Assembly (NCBI GenBank): GCA_043799545.1
Contig: JAZDNO010000005.1
Span: 649 to 64,648, forward strand
Source: Methanobacteriota archaeon
GTDB taxonomy: Archaea > Thermoplasmatota > Thermoplasmata > SG8-5 > DAIRED01
DNA length: 64,000 nucleotides
Direction of reading: 5' to 3'
The position numbers and the translations under genes were made by a program. The notes beneath the pieces were generated by a model. The model saw only the letters and a program-made list of their open reading frames with translations, was not told the DNA's origin and ran no database searches. Each line of letters starts with the position of its first letter. Position 1 is the stretch's first letter. This document shows positions 47,895-57,539 of this stretch, piece by piece.

Positions 47895-48188
47895 ATGCCA
47901 TACGCGGTCTTCGCATTCAAGAAGGAACTGGGCTCGAAGGTGGACATGGTCCTGAAGGACGACCTAATCATGAGGCAGAGCATCACGCACAGGACGGGCG
48001 ATGCGATGGGTGTGGGCGCGGAATTCAAAGTCGTTTTCGTCGAGGGCTCGGGCGAGGCTGTTGCCAGGGTTGTGGAGCTCATGAAGCCCCTGGAAATTGC
48101 CAACCACAAAGACCACGAGGCACTGCTGAAGAAGCTGAAGGACGAAGAGAACGCGGCGTCGGAAGGCTTTGGAGCTATCTTTGGCTAA
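47895..48188 (+). CDS. Hypothetical small protein.
   Basis: A 97-aa ORF divergent from cobO; no recognisable motifs. Confidence 0.3.
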   Translation: MPYAVFAFKKELGSKVDMVLKDDLIMRQSITHRTGDAMGVGAEFKVVFVEGSGEAVARVVELMKPLEIANHKDHEALLKKLKDEENAASEGFGAIFG

Positions 48189-48323
48189 TTTTGTTCGCAA
48201 CCGATAGCTCTTGCAGAATCATCGAATACGCTGGGTAAACGAAGCGATTCTGCGGAGCCTTTCCATAATGCGAGAGCATCCAATACGAATTTTCGATGCA
48301 ACATAATGCTTTCAAAATGGCTT

Positions 48324-48788
48324 TCACTCTACGCGCTGGCACTCCCTCTCTAGGAGACCGAGCTCCTTTGGTTCCAGCGCGGAGGGGTTGACGGGTATCA
48401 GCAGCCTCGCCCTGGTCAGAGCGATGTGCTCGTTTATCAGCGACAGGAGCTTCAGGACTGAGGTGAAATCGTTGCTCGTGACCAGGTATTCCAGCCCGTC
48501 CAGGATTATGACCGATTCCCCCTCTATTCTGAGAAAGACCGTGACGATGGTGTGTATCTTTAGAATGTGTTCGGGGTGGACGTTCTGGTAATTGTCCGAC
48601 GACCTGTCGGTCCGCGCCAGCCAGATGACGGGGCACTTGAGGCCGTAGCGCTCCTTTATCATGTCCGGGTTGTGCCTTGAGAGGCACAGCCCCCTCGCCC
48701 CTCCGGCCAGCAATTCGTTGAAGGCTGCGTAGCTGGTGTCCGCCGAAGGCCCGACGAACAGATACGAGAGGCCCCGCAGCAATTCCAT
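48324..48788 (-). CDS. DUF835-family protein (KaiC-associated).
   Basis: GLCLSRHNP, VIILDGLEYLVTSNDF and the LIPVNPSALEPKELGLLEREC tail match the DUF835 pattern. Confidence 0.55.
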   Translation of the reverse strand: MELLRGLSYLFVGPSADTSYAAFNELLAGGARGLCLSRHNPDMIKERYGLKCPVIWLARTDRSSDNYQNVHPEHILKIHTIVTVFLRIEGESVIILDGLEYLVTSNDFTSVLKLLSLINEHIALTRARLLIPVNPSALEPKELGLLERECQRVE

Positions 48789-48792
48789 CCGG

Positions 48793-49485
48793 TTACCTCA
48801 GGCCAGGCTGGACCGCGAAGCCCTCCGGCCCTATCTCGACGAGCTGCCTGCCGGTCACGTGCCTGGTTCCGCGCATCTTCAGGACTTCCAGGAATTTCCG
48901 CCTGACCTTGTCCTCCTCCGGATACGACAGCATGAGGACCCCGTCGACCATGTACGCTTCCATCTTCTTCGATATGTCCTCGTAGTTCATCTCGGCAGTG
49001 ATGAGCGTGATGCAGTCGTAAGCCTTGAGCTTCGCGAAGAGCTCGTGCATGAACTCGCGGGTCTCGCCGCGCCAGTGGAGCATATCTGTTATCGGAGTTA
49101 TCGGGTCTATGACGAGCCTGTCCGGCATGTGCCTCTCCACCAGCTCCGTGATTTTCCCCAATATGGCGCTCGGGTTGGATATGAGCTCCTTTCCCAGGTC
49201 CACGAAGATGACCTTCTCGCTCTCCACGAGCGCCTGATCGTAGAACACGAATCCCGAGAGGAACTTCTGCACGACCCACTGCGGCTCGGATATCGCGGTG
49301 ATGTAGAGCGCCTTCTCCCCGTTCTTCGCGGCCGAGAACATGCTCTGGACGCAGAGGGTGGTCTTCCCGGTGCCCGGCTCTCCCGCGACCAGCAGCGCGC
49401 AGGGGCTCGGCACGCCCCCGACTATCATGTCGTCCAGCCCAGGCACGCCGAGGGACTTCCTTTTAATGGTCCGCTCCGAGCTCAT
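48793..49485 (-). CDS. KaiC-like/RecA-superfamily ATPase.
   Basis: Walker A (GEPGTGKTT), GVPGLDDMIVGGVP, Walker B (RLVIDPIT). Confidence 0.75.
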   Translation of the reverse strand: MSSERTIKRKSLGVPGLDDMIVGGVPSPCALLVAGEPGTGKTTLCVQSMFSAAKNGEKALYITAISEPQWVVQKFLSGFVFYDQALVESEKVIFVDLGKELISNPSAILGKITELVERHMPDRLVIDPITPITDMLHWRGETREFMHELFAKLKAYDCITLITAEMNYEDISKKMEAYMVDGVLMLSYPEEDKVRRKFLEVLKMRGTRHVTGRQLVEIGPEGFAVQPGLR

Positions 49486-49925
49486 TTCGCGTCACCGCCG
49501 TCAATCTTGAAAAGGCACCTGGGCGCACCGGAGCTCTCGCACTCCACCTCGGCGCAGCTCACGCTCGCCCCGGTCTTCTCCTCGTACAGGCAGGTGATTA
49601 CCCCGCGAAGCAGGTGGCAGCTCGGTGCCGCGCCGTTCCTGCTTTCAATGGAGCCCTTCACGACGACTTCGGCGCCATCGAACTCGACGACCTCGGCCCA
49701 TCCCTCTTCCTTCAGGGCGCTGGCCGCGCTCCCGAAATAGTCCTTCGCGTGTTTCGACTCGCCGGCAATCCTTTTTCCCATTATCTTGCCAGTCCTGAAA
49801 AACATTCCGTGCGCCGCGAAGCTCATGACGGACTCGTACAACTTTTTTATGTCCCCGAGCTCCCCCTTGCTGTACCTCAGATATCTCTCCCGACCCGGCA
49901 TGTGTAATCCCCCGCAAACATCCAC
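49482..49925 (-). CDS. V4R (4-vinyl reductase) domain protein.
   Basis: Cys pattern SCHLLRGVITCLYEE…SCAEVECESSGAPRCLF typical of V4R. Its stop overlaps the KaiC start by 4 nt. Confidence 0.5.
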   Translation of the reverse strand: MDVCGGLHMPGRERYLRYSKGELGDIKKLYESVMSFAAHGMFFRTGKIMGKRIAGESKHAKDYFGSAASALKEEGWAEVVEFDGAEVVVKGSIESRNGAAPSCHLLRGVITCLYEEKTGASVSCAEVECESSGAPRCLFKIDGGDAK

Positions 49926-50064
49926 TTTGGGGGTTAAATCACTTTCGATGCGCGCATGGAGAAACGTATATGCCCCGCCAGCTCTATCCAGGTGGCGGAA
50001 GGCTCAGGGATGGGTCGTATGTTGCGCAAACAGCTGGCAGGCCTGACCGGCAGGCGGCGGTAAA

Positions 50065-51753
50065 TTGGAGCCGCTGCTGCTCCAGATGGGTTTCGTCATA
50101 CTCCTGGCATTCGGCGGGGCCGCCATCGCCCACAGGTTCGGGCAGTCGATGATGCTCGCCTACATCATAGTGGGCGTGCTCATCGGCCCGTTCGGGCCGC
50201 TGCCGTGGAAGCTCGTCAGCGCCAGCGAACTCGACGGAGGTTTCATCTCCGTCATCGGGCAGATGGGCCTTGTGATGCTGATGTTCTTCGTGGGGTTGGA
50301 GTTCTATCCGTCGAAGATTAAGGAGATAGGCCACCAGGCCGCGCTTCTGGCCGCGGCGGACATCGGGGCGACGATGATGGTGGGGCTGTCCGTGTGCGCA
50401 TGGTTCGGCATGACGCTGATGGACAGCGTTTTCATTTCGAGCATAGTTGCGATGAGTAGCGTGGCCGTGACGATGAAGGTCCTCGACGAGCTGGGGTGGC
50501 AGGGTTCGAAGGCCTCCCAAGCCCTTATCGGAATGATGGTCATCGAGGACTTCGCGTTCATAATCCTCATCACCGCGGGAAAAGGCATCATCATGGGCCC
50601 CGCTGCGGGGGACGCGGACCTCGTATGGACTTTCGGGGGAATCGCAGTCTTCCTGACATTCTTTTTGGTGCTGATTTTAGTGTTCGTGCCCAGCGTGCTT
50701 TCGCACATAGAGCGGGTGAAACACGAGGAGGCTTTCGTGCTCCTGGCCCTGTCGACGATATTCCTGTCCGGTGCTCTCGCCGAGGCGTTCGGCCTATCGG
50801 CCTTCGTGGGAGCGTTCTTCATGGGGGTGGCCTTTGCAGAAACGAATCTGGCCCGGCGGCTAAAGGAGAAAACGGTCTCCTTCCGCGACGCGTTCGCGGC
50901 GATATTCTTCGTCACATTCGGGATGATGATCGACCCTGGCGGAATAATCGAGGCCGTGCCCCTGCTTCTGGCGATAATACCCGCGATAATACTGGCCGAG
51001 GTCGGCATAGTGGCCGCCACCGCATACCTGGCCGGCCACACTCCGGAGGATTCCATGACGATAGCGGGCGGCACCACGGCCAGGAGCGAGGAGGCGGTTA
51101 TCTTCGCCAGCATGGGGGGCAAGCTCGAGACCCCGACGGGCGAATACGTTCTCAGCCCGAAGGTGCAGCCAGTCATCTACCCGTTCACGGGGGCGTTCTG
51201 CTTCATCATGAGCGCCACGACGCCGTTGCTGATAAAGAACTCGAAATCGATCGCAGCCGTGCTGAAAAACGCGATGCCATGCTGGCTTGGGAGATCCGGC
51301 ACAGTTCTCCAGGGGGCTGTCAGCGCACTGACTGGCGCCGGGGGCGGGGAGAGGCGGGCGGCCTCTTGGGCGTTTCGTTTTTGGCTCGCCGTGACGATGC
51401 TCTCGCTGGCCCTGGCCCCCACATTGTCCATGGCAACGTCCGGCTCTGAACCGGAGTACGCATATCTCTGGGTCGCACTTCTTGCACTGGCTGCGGCAGC
51501 AACAACAGCGCTCTGGTGGGCGATGAAAATGGCGCTGGCGGGGGCTCTACCGCGGCGCGACGCATCGTTCTCGGCGGGAGCGCTGGCAATCATCCTGTCT
51601 GTCGTGCCTGCCGTCGCGCTCGCATGGCCTTCCTCATACGTTTTGGCCTTGTCGGCCACGGGAGTGGCGTTCGCCGTTTTGATGGTCGGTTGCGCCGCGT
51701 TCGGGAGAGGGACGGGGGCGGATTTCGGGTCGTCCCAGTGCCAGGAGACATAG
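50065..51753 (+). CDS. Cation/proton antiporter (CPA2/Kef-NapA family) with an extra C-terminal hydrophobic extension.
   Basis: More than 12 predicted TM helices. N-terminal YIIVGVLIGPFG and the transporter core; no TrkA-N domain; the C-terminal ~180 aa are additional TM segments. Confidence 0.65.
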   Translation: MEPLLLQMGFVILLAFGGAAIAHRFGQSMMLAYIIVGVLIGPFGPLPWKLVSASELDGGFISVIGQMGLVMLMFFVGLEFYPSKIKEIGHQAALLAAADIGATMMVGLSVCAWFGMTLMDSVFISSIVAMSSVAVTMKVLDELGWQGSKASQALIGMMVIEDFAFIILITAGKGIIMGPAAGDADLVWTFGGIAVFLTFFLVLILVFVPSVLSHIERVKHEEAFVLLALSTIFLSGALAEAFGLSAFVGAFFMGVAFAETNLARRLKEKTVSFRDAFAAIFFVTFGMMIDPGGIIEAVPLLLAIIPAIILAEVGIVAATAYLAGHTPEDSMTIAGGTTARSEEAVIFASMGGKLETPTGEYVLSPKVQPVIYPFTGAFCFIMSATTPLLIKNSKSIAAVLKNAMPCWLGRSGTVLQGAVSALTGAGGGERRAASWAFRFWLAVTMLSLALAPTLSMATSGSEPEYAYLWVALLALAAAATTALWWAMKMALAGALPRRDASFSAGALAIILSVVPAVALAWPSSYVLALSATGVAFAVLMVGCAAFGRGTGADFGSSQCQET

Positions 51754-51784
51754 TTTTTTATCGCCCGTTCTGGATTGGGGGGCG

Positions 51785-52021
51785 ATGTTCGACAAGAAGA
51801 ACGACCCGTCGAAGGCTGCCGTGAACGACGCCAAGCGCGCTGCCAAAGAGGCCTCCAACCAGGTAAAGGTGGCAAAGAGGCACGCAAAGGCGGAGAAGCT
51901 GAGGGCCCAGGCGACGAGCTACGATTTGAAAATCAAGAAGCTCGAGATTGAAATCGCCGAGCTGACTGCCAAGGCCCAGGAACTGCGGAGCAAGGCCGAC
52001 CGGGTCGAACGCGAACGATGA
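51785..52021 (+). CDS. Small basic coiled-coil protein.
   Basis: A 78-aa K/A/E-rich ORF with a heptad pattern (LKIKKLEIEIAELTAKAQELRSKA). Confidence 0.35.
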   Translation: MFDKKNDPSKAAVNDAKRAAKEASNQVKVAKRHAKAEKLRAQATSYDLKIKKLEIEIAELTAKAQELRSKADRVERER

Positions 52022-52030
52022 GGTCTGCCA

Positions 52031-53110
52031 ATGGCGGCCATGCGTCCGATATTGTATTACAGCCCCGCCATGGGGCGCGTCGACTTCGGCGCGGGCCATC
52101 CGTTCAGGGGCTCCCGTTTCGACCAATTCGTCAAGCTGCTTCAGGCCAACGGGCTCGAAAAGGACCTTGACGTTCGCCAGCCATTGACAGCGACGGATGC
52201 GGACCTTGCCCTTGTGCACACCCCGGAGTACGTCGCGCACGTCCGAGAGGTCGAGGGTTACGAGGGCGCGCTGTCCATCGACACCCCAGTCCCCAGAGGG
52301 ATGACGGACGCTGTCAAGTTCATCGTCGGCGGTGCGCTGGCGGGGGCTGGCTCCCTCGCCAAGGGCGAGTCCGAGCTGGCGATGACGTTCGGCGGTTTCC
52401 ATCACGCCGGCGTTTCGAACGGGGAGGGCTTTTGCGTCTTCAACGATGTGGCGATAGCGGCCCGCGCCCTCATCCAGCGCCATGAGATGAAGCGCGTTCT
52501 CGTAATCGACACGGACGCGCATCAGGGCAACGGCACCATGGATATTTTCTGGGAGGACCCGCGCGTTCTTTTCATATCTATACACCAGGACCCGCGAACT
52601 GTTTATCCCGGTCGGGGCTTCGCGAGCGAAATCGGCGCAGGCGAGGGCAGGGGATTCACAATAAACATCCCCATGCCGCGGTTCTCGGGCAACGCCCAGT
52701 GGGCGCATGCTCTGGACGAAATCTTCGTGCCGGTGTGCGCCGAGTTCAAGCCCGAGGCCATAATCCGAAACGGCGGCTCGGACCCGTTCTACGCGGACGA
52801 GCTGACGGAGCTCGGGCTCGATTTCGACGGTTTGGCGGAGGTCGGGCGAATAGTGCGCTCCGCCTCCGACAACGGTCCCCGGAGGCTCCTGGACCTGATG
52901 GTCAGCGGCTACGGCGATTTCGTGCCGTACGGTTGGCTGGCGTTGTTCGCGGGAGTCACGGGCATGCAGGTTGATTACAGCAAATACGCTCGATTGGTTT
53001 ACCCGATGCCGAGCCGCGTCCCAGAGGCGACGCTGGAGAGGCAGACGGACGCGGTGGTTGCAGAGGTTAGGCGCAACCTTGCGGAATTCTGGCCGTGCCT
53101 GCGCAAGTGA
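52031..53110 (+). CDS. Histone deacetylase/acetoin-utilization (AcuC-like) family deacetylase.
   Basis: Arginase/deacetylase-fold motifs GGFHHAG, FCVFNDVAIA, VIDTDAHQGNGT. Confidence 0.75.
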   Translation: MAAMRPILYYSPAMGRVDFGAGHPFRGSRFDQFVKLLQANGLEKDLDVRQPLTATDADLALVHTPEYVAHVREVEGYEGALSIDTPVPRGMTDAVKFIVGGALAGAGSLAKGESELAMTFGGFHHAGVSNGEGFCVFNDVAIAARALIQRHEMKRVLVIDTDAHQGNGTMDIFWEDPRVLFISIHQDPRTVYPGRGFASEIGAGEGRGFTINIPMPRFSGNAQWAHALDEIFVPVCAEFKPEAIIRNGGSDPFYADELTELGLDFDGLAEVGRIVRSASDNGPRRLLDLMVSGYGDFVPYGWLALFAGVTGMQVDYSKYARLVYPMPSRVPEATLERQTDAVVAEVRRNLAEFWPCLRK

Positions 53111-53149
53111 GCCTAAAACTATTTATCCCGAGCCCCCATTTTAAAGCCC

Positions 53150-53377
53150 ATGTGCTTGGCCATCCCGGGCAGGGTCCTGGAAATCGACGGAAACGACGCG
53201 CTCATAGACTTCGGCGGCGTGCGCCGCAAGGCCAACGTCAGCCTCGTCGACGCCAAGCCAGGCACGTACGTTATTGTGCACGCAGGCTTCGCGATACAGA
53301 CACTCGACCCGCGCGAGGCCAAGGAGTCGCTCAAGCTTTGGAAAGAGGTTCTCGAGGGGAGCGCTCCGGATGCATGA
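53150..53377 (+). CDS. hypC: Hydrogenase maturation factor HypC.
   Basis: N-terminal MCLAIPGRV signature; 75 aa. Confidence 0.8.
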   Translation: MCLAIPGRVLEIDGNDALIDFGGVRRKANVSLVDAKPGTYVIVHAGFAIQTLDPREAKESLKLWKEVLEGSAPDA

Positions 53378-53747
53378 GTTCTCCATCGCCCAGCAGGTCG
53401 TAGAGGTGGTGCAGGACGCCGCTGCGAAGGCCGGAGGGTCGAAGGTTTCAGAAATCCACTTGCGAATCGGCGAACTGAGCTTCATAGCCGAGGAACAGCT
53501 TCGCTTCGCCATCGGCGAGATGTCCCGGGGAACGGTCCTAGAGGGGGCGGAGCTGACAATATTCAGCGAGCCTGGGGTGGCCCGGTGCAGGTCCTGCGGG
53601 ACCGAGGAAACCGTAAGCTACGAGCGGTTGCGCGCCGCTGTTGCGACGCTGGCAATCTGCGCCAGATGCGGTGGCGCGGCTGAGCTATCTGGCGGTTCAG
53701 GCTGCACGGTCGAAAACATCATCGTCGAGGTTCCGGAGGAAGCCTGA
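53370..53747 (+). CDS. hypA: Hydrogenase nickel incorporation protein HypA.
   Basis: N-terminal MHEFSIA and zinc-finger CxxC…CxxC (CRSCGTE…CARCGG). Overlaps hypC by 8 nt. Confidence 0.8.
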   Translation: MHEFSIAQQVVEVVQDAAAKAGGSKVSEIHLRIGELSFIAEEQLRFAIGEMSRGTVLEGAELTIFSEPGVARCRSCGTEETVSYERLRAAVATLAICARCGGAAELSGGSGCTVENIIVEVPEEA

Positions 53748-54802
53748 TGGTGCATCCGCTCCTGAAGGAAGTGCCCAATCTTGGCCGCACGGTCAGTTTC
53801 ATGCACGTGTGCGGCACGCACCAGGACACCCTCGTGAAGCACGGGCTCGAGCCTTTGCTCGCCGAGGCAGGTGTTCGCATCGTCCAGGGGCCTGGATGCC
53901 CCGTCTGCGTCACGACCCCTGCGGAAATTGAGATGGCGAGGGCGCTCGCTCTCTCGGGAAAGGCGGTCACCGCTTTCGGGGACATGATGAACGTTCCAGG
54001 CCCGTCGGGTTCGCTGGTCTCTGCGCGAAGCGAGGGTGCGGACGTCCGCATCGTGTACTCTGTAACGGACGCGCTGGCGATGGCACGCGCAGAGCCCGGC
54101 AAAGAGTTCGTCTTCATGGGCATCGGCTTCGAGACAACGGCGCCTTCGACGGCCTTCGCCTTGCTGTCCGACCCGCCGGAGAATTTCTCGATACTATCCT
54201 GCCACCGGCTCGTCCCGCCGGCGCTGGAGGCGCTCCTCCAGATGGGTGAAGTCAAGCTCGACGGGCTGATAGAGCCAGGGCACGTCAGCGCTATCATCGG
54301 CACTTTGCCTTACGAGCCAATCAGCGAAAGGTGGAAGGTCCCACAGGTCGTTGCTGGTTTCGAGCCCGAAGACTTGTTGATGGCAGTAGCGATGCTGGCG
54401 AAACAAATTTACAAGGGGCGAGCCGAGGTCGAGAACGAATACTCGCGCGTGGTTAAACCCGAGGGGAATAGAAAGGCGATTCGAATCATGGAGGAGGCCA
54501 TGGCCCCGAGGGATGTGAAATGGCGCGGGTTCCCGTCGATACCCGGAAGCGGTCTGGGAATACGCAAGCGTTTCGAAGAATGGGACGCCGCGAGCAAGTA
54601 CCAAGGCATCCTCGCTCCCTACGCCGACAGGGAGTATCCCGAGCCGGAAGGCTGCCTCTGCGGCGAGGTGCTCCGCGGCTTGGTGGACGCGCGCGAATGC
54701 CCGCAGTTCGGGAAGGGGTGCGCCCCCGAAAACCCCGTGGGGCCGTGCATGGTGAGCGCGGAGGGGAGCTGCAACATCGCTTATAGGTACAGAACGGAAT
54801 AA
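53747..54802 (+). CDS. hypD: Hydrogenase maturation factor HypD.
   Basis: MHVCGTH and GPGCPVC motifs, plus a C-terminal Cys cluster. The start overlaps the hypA stop. Confidence 0.85.
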   Translation: MVHPLLKEVPNLGRTVSFMHVCGTHQDTLVKHGLEPLLAEAGVRIVQGPGCPVCVTTPAEIEMARALALSGKAVTAFGDMMNVPGPSGSLVSARSEGADVRIVYSVTDALAMARAEPGKEFVFMGIGFETTAPSTAFALLSDPPENFSILSCHRLVPPALEALLQMGEVKLDGLIEPGHVSAIIGTLPYEPISERWKVPQVVAGFEPEDLLMAVAMLAKQIYKGRAEVENEYSRVVKPEGNRKAIRIMEEAMAPRDVKWRGFPSIPGSGLGIRKRFEEWDAASKYQGILAPYADREYPEPEGCLCGEVLRGLVDARECPQFGKGCAPENPVGPCMVSAEGSCNIAYRYRTE

Positions 54803-54880
54803 TACCATTGTATTTATTGGACACGATCATTATAACAAGGTATAGAAAGCTAGATTATCACGCGCCTTTTCCCCCTCATC

Positions 54881-55741
54881 ATGGACACCAGGGACCGCGC
54901 AGTGGCGGCAACTGTGGTTTCGAGCTTCCTATGGGGGTCGTCTTTCGTCGTGGCGGGATACGGCGTGGGCATCGCGGACCCCATGCTCTTCCTCCTTCTG
55001 AGGTTCCTCATCGCGACGCCAATCGTAATGGCCGTCTGGCCTTACCGGCGCGCCCTGCGCAGCAGAATCATCTGGACTCTTGCGGCGTTCAACGCCGCCG
55101 CCTTCGTGATGCAATACGTCGCGCTCGGCTGGACGACCGCGACGAACGTTGCGCTGCTCATAAGCATGGACCTGGTGTTCGTCAGCGCGGCGTCCGTATA
55201 TTTCCTCTCCGAGAAGGCGACGTGGCGGCTGGGCGTTTCGCTCTCCCTCGGGCTGGCGGGAGTCTTCCTCGTCGAATACGGTGCGGGTACAATCAGCGTC
55301 TCCTCGGAGGCTCTTTGGGGCGACCTGCTCTCCCTCGGGGCGGCCCTATCCTGGACGGTCTACATCATCCTCTCGAAGAAGGCCCTATCTGGAGAGAACG
55401 ACATGAGCGCTGAAGAGCTCACCGCGGGCGTGTGCATCGCCACCACCGTCCCCCTTCTGTTCGTGCTGCCTTTCGTCAGCGTCTCGGGCAGCGTCGACTG
55501 GGCTTGCCTGCTGCTCCTCTCTGCTTATCTGGCGGTCTTCACAACTATTCTGGCATACGTTCTGTGGTACAAGGGGCTGAAGCACTTGCCAGCATCCACA
55601 ACATCCATCATACTGCTGCTGGAAATCGCTTTCGCAGCAGTTCTGGCCTACATCGTCCTCGGGGAGCGCGTGGGACCGTTCACGGTCGTGGGCGGGGTAT
55701 TGATTTGCGCGGCGGCCCTTTTGACCGTGACGGGAAAGTAA
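54881..55741 (+). CDS. EamA/DMT-superfamily transporter.
   Basis: Ten predicted TM helices in the two-repeat DMT topology. Confidence 0.6.
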   Translation: MDTRDRAVAATVVSSFLWGSSFVVAGYGVGIADPMLFLLLRFLIATPIVMAVWPYRRALRSRIIWTLAAFNAAAFVMQYVALGWTTATNVALLISMDLVFVSAASVYFLSEKATWRLGVSLSLGLAGVFLVEYGAGTISVSSEALWGDLLSLGAALSWTVYIILSKKALSGENDMSAEELTAGVCIATTVPLLFVLPFVSVSGSVDWACLLLLSAYLAVFTTILAYVLWYKGLKHLPASTTSIILLLEIAFAAVLAYIVLGERVGPFTVVGGVLICAAALLTVTGK

Positions 55742-55769
55742 GATATATCACTCAGGGGATTGGCGAGAC

Positions 55770-56399
55770 ATGAAGCTCAAGACGATTGCAGGCGCGATAC
55801 AGGAAGACCTCGACGAGAAGGAGGCTGTGCGGGAGGTTGCGCTGAAATCCTCGCGTGCCATTGTGAGGCTCTGCGGCTCCGCCATCCAGGCAATCCACAA
55901 AGGGGAGAATCCGGCAAAGGCGATGTCCGGTCTCAAAAGGGACGTGGAGCGGCTGAAAGGGGTCATATCGGAACATCCGGAGATGGAGCACGCGGGCTTC
56001 GTGGAGGCCGCGTTCCAGGAATTTGCGGAGGCGTCGATAATTTTCGCCATCGCGAACGGCGCGGACATCCCGGGCCACCGGGAGCTCGGAATCACTCCGC
56101 AGGCCTACCTCGAGGGAATCGGGGACGTGGTTGGGGAGCTGAGGCGGCTGGCCCTGTCGTCGATGATGGTCGGCAATGTGGGAGAAGCCCAGGAAATGCT
56201 CTGCTTGATGGACGAGATATACGGCTTCCTCATGAGGTTCGACTACCCCGCCGCGCTGGCCGGGGTCAGGCGCAAGCAGGACGTTGCCAGGTCTCTCGTC
56301 GAAAAGACCCGGGGAGAGGTGGCGGTTGCGGCCAGGATGCACTCCCTGGAGAAGCGCCTGGAGAATTTGGACAAGGGGGCGGGGAAGAAAAAGATATAG
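55770..56399 (+). CDS. Translin-family protein (archaeal translin/TRAX-like).
   Basis: The 209-aa all-helical ORF carries YLEGIGDVVGELRRLAL, a match to the conserved translin Y-L-x-G-x-x-D-x-x-GEL-R-R motif. Confidence 0.6.
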   Translation: MKLKTIAGAIQEDLDEKEAVREVALKSSRAIVRLCGSAIQAIHKGENPAKAMSGLKRDVERLKGVISEHPEMEHAGFVEAAFQEFAEASIIFAIANGADIPGHRELGITPQAYLEGIGDVVGELRRLALSSMMVGNVGEAQEMLCLMDEIYGFLMRFDYPAALAGVRRKQDVARSLVEKTRGEVAVAARMHSLEKRLENLDKGAGKKKI

Positions 56400-56422
56400 C
56401 CCACGAAGCGCATGTGGGTCGG

Positions 56423-57505
56423 ATGGCATCCTCCGCGACGAGGCGCGTCGCTCTAGTTCACAATCTCAACCACGTTCTGCATCGTTCGGAGAGCAGCAGC
56501 CCCGAGAATCCGGAGCGCGTCACGAGGATTATCCAGTACCTGAAGGCGAGGACGCCATTGCTCACCGACGGGCCGTGCAGCCTGATTGTCGATTTCCCGC
56601 CCGCCTCCGAGGAGGACCTCCTGCGCGTCCACGACAAAAGCTATCTCGATTTCCTCCGGCGCACCGCCCAGCGCGGCAGCACCTTCCTCGGGGACAGCAC
56701 TTACATCTCTCCGCAGACGTTCAACGTGTCGGCCTCGGCCGCAGGGGGCGCGATGGAGGCGCTGCGCGTGGTCGCGACTGCGGAGTATGATGCCAGCTTT
56801 GCGATAATCAGGCCGCCCGGCCACCATGCATCGATGGACCGCTTCAGCGGGTACTGCCTAATCAACAACGCGGCGGTGGCCATACGGTATGTCCAGGCCA
56901 TGCTGGGAGTGCAGAAAGTCATGGTCGTGGACTGGGACGCGCACGCGGGCAACGGAACCATGCGGGTCTTTTACGAAGACCCGTCGGTTCTTCTGGTCTC
57001 ACTGCACAGGGACCCCAACGAGCATTACCCTCACGACGGTTTCGGTCACCAGATAGGGAGGGGGCCTGGTCGCGGCTACAACGTGAACGTCGAGATGCCG
57101 GAGGCCGCGGGCGACGCGGAATACGAGCTGGTGTACGACGAGCTGGTGTCCCCGCTGGCCAAGTCATACCTCCCCGATTTGGTAGTAGGCTTGGTGGGCT
57201 TCGACGCTCATTACAAGGACGGGCAATCGGGGCTGAACATGACCAGCCAAGGTTATTTCAACATGGTTGAGCACCTCATAGGCATCAACGGAAGGCTGGC
57301 GCTCATCCTGGAGGGTGGATACTCGACGGCTAACCCGACAATAGCGCACGCCGTCATCTCGGCGCTGGCCGGATTGCCGGCTCCGTACGAGGAAAACATC
57401 GATGTGCTGGCCGCCGCCGTCACCCGGAGGAAGAAGACCAGGGCCATACTCGAAGACAACATCGCGGATCTGAAGGAGCTTCTTTCCGAGTTCCACAGCA
57501 TGTGA
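56423..57505 (+). CDS. Histone deacetylase-family (class II/acetylpolyamine amidohydrolase-like) deacetylase.
   Basis: RPPGHHA, VVDWDAHAGNGT, GGYS motifs. Start taken at MASSATRR; the longer upstream frame runs through the translin gene in another frame and looks spurious. Confidence 0.75.
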   Translation: MASSATRRVALVHNLNHVLHRSESSSPENPERVTRIIQYLKARTPLLTDGPCSLIVDFPPASEEDLLRVHDKSYLDFLRRTAQRGSTFLGDSTYISPQTFNVSASAAGGAMEALRVVATAEYDASFAIIRPPGHHASMDRFSGYCLINNAAVAIRYVQAMLGVQKVMVVDWDAHAGNGTMRVFYEDPSVLLVSLHRDPNEHYPHDGFGHQIGRGPGRGYNVNVEMPEAAGDAEYELVYDELVSPLAKSYLPDLVVGLVGFDAHYKDGQSGLNMTSQGYFNMVEHLIGINGRLALILEGGYSTANPTIAHAVISALAGLPAPYEENIDVLAAAVTRRKKTRAILEDNIADLKELLSEFHSM

Positions 57506-57539
57506 ATAAGTTTATTTACGCATACCGGGATTCGGAACC

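Noticed and set aside
55760-56422. A 5' extension of the 581-aa frame upstream of the second HDAC gene.
   Set aside because: It runs through the translin gene in another frame and is Arg/Gly-rich. The conserved HDAC N-terminus begins at Met 56423.
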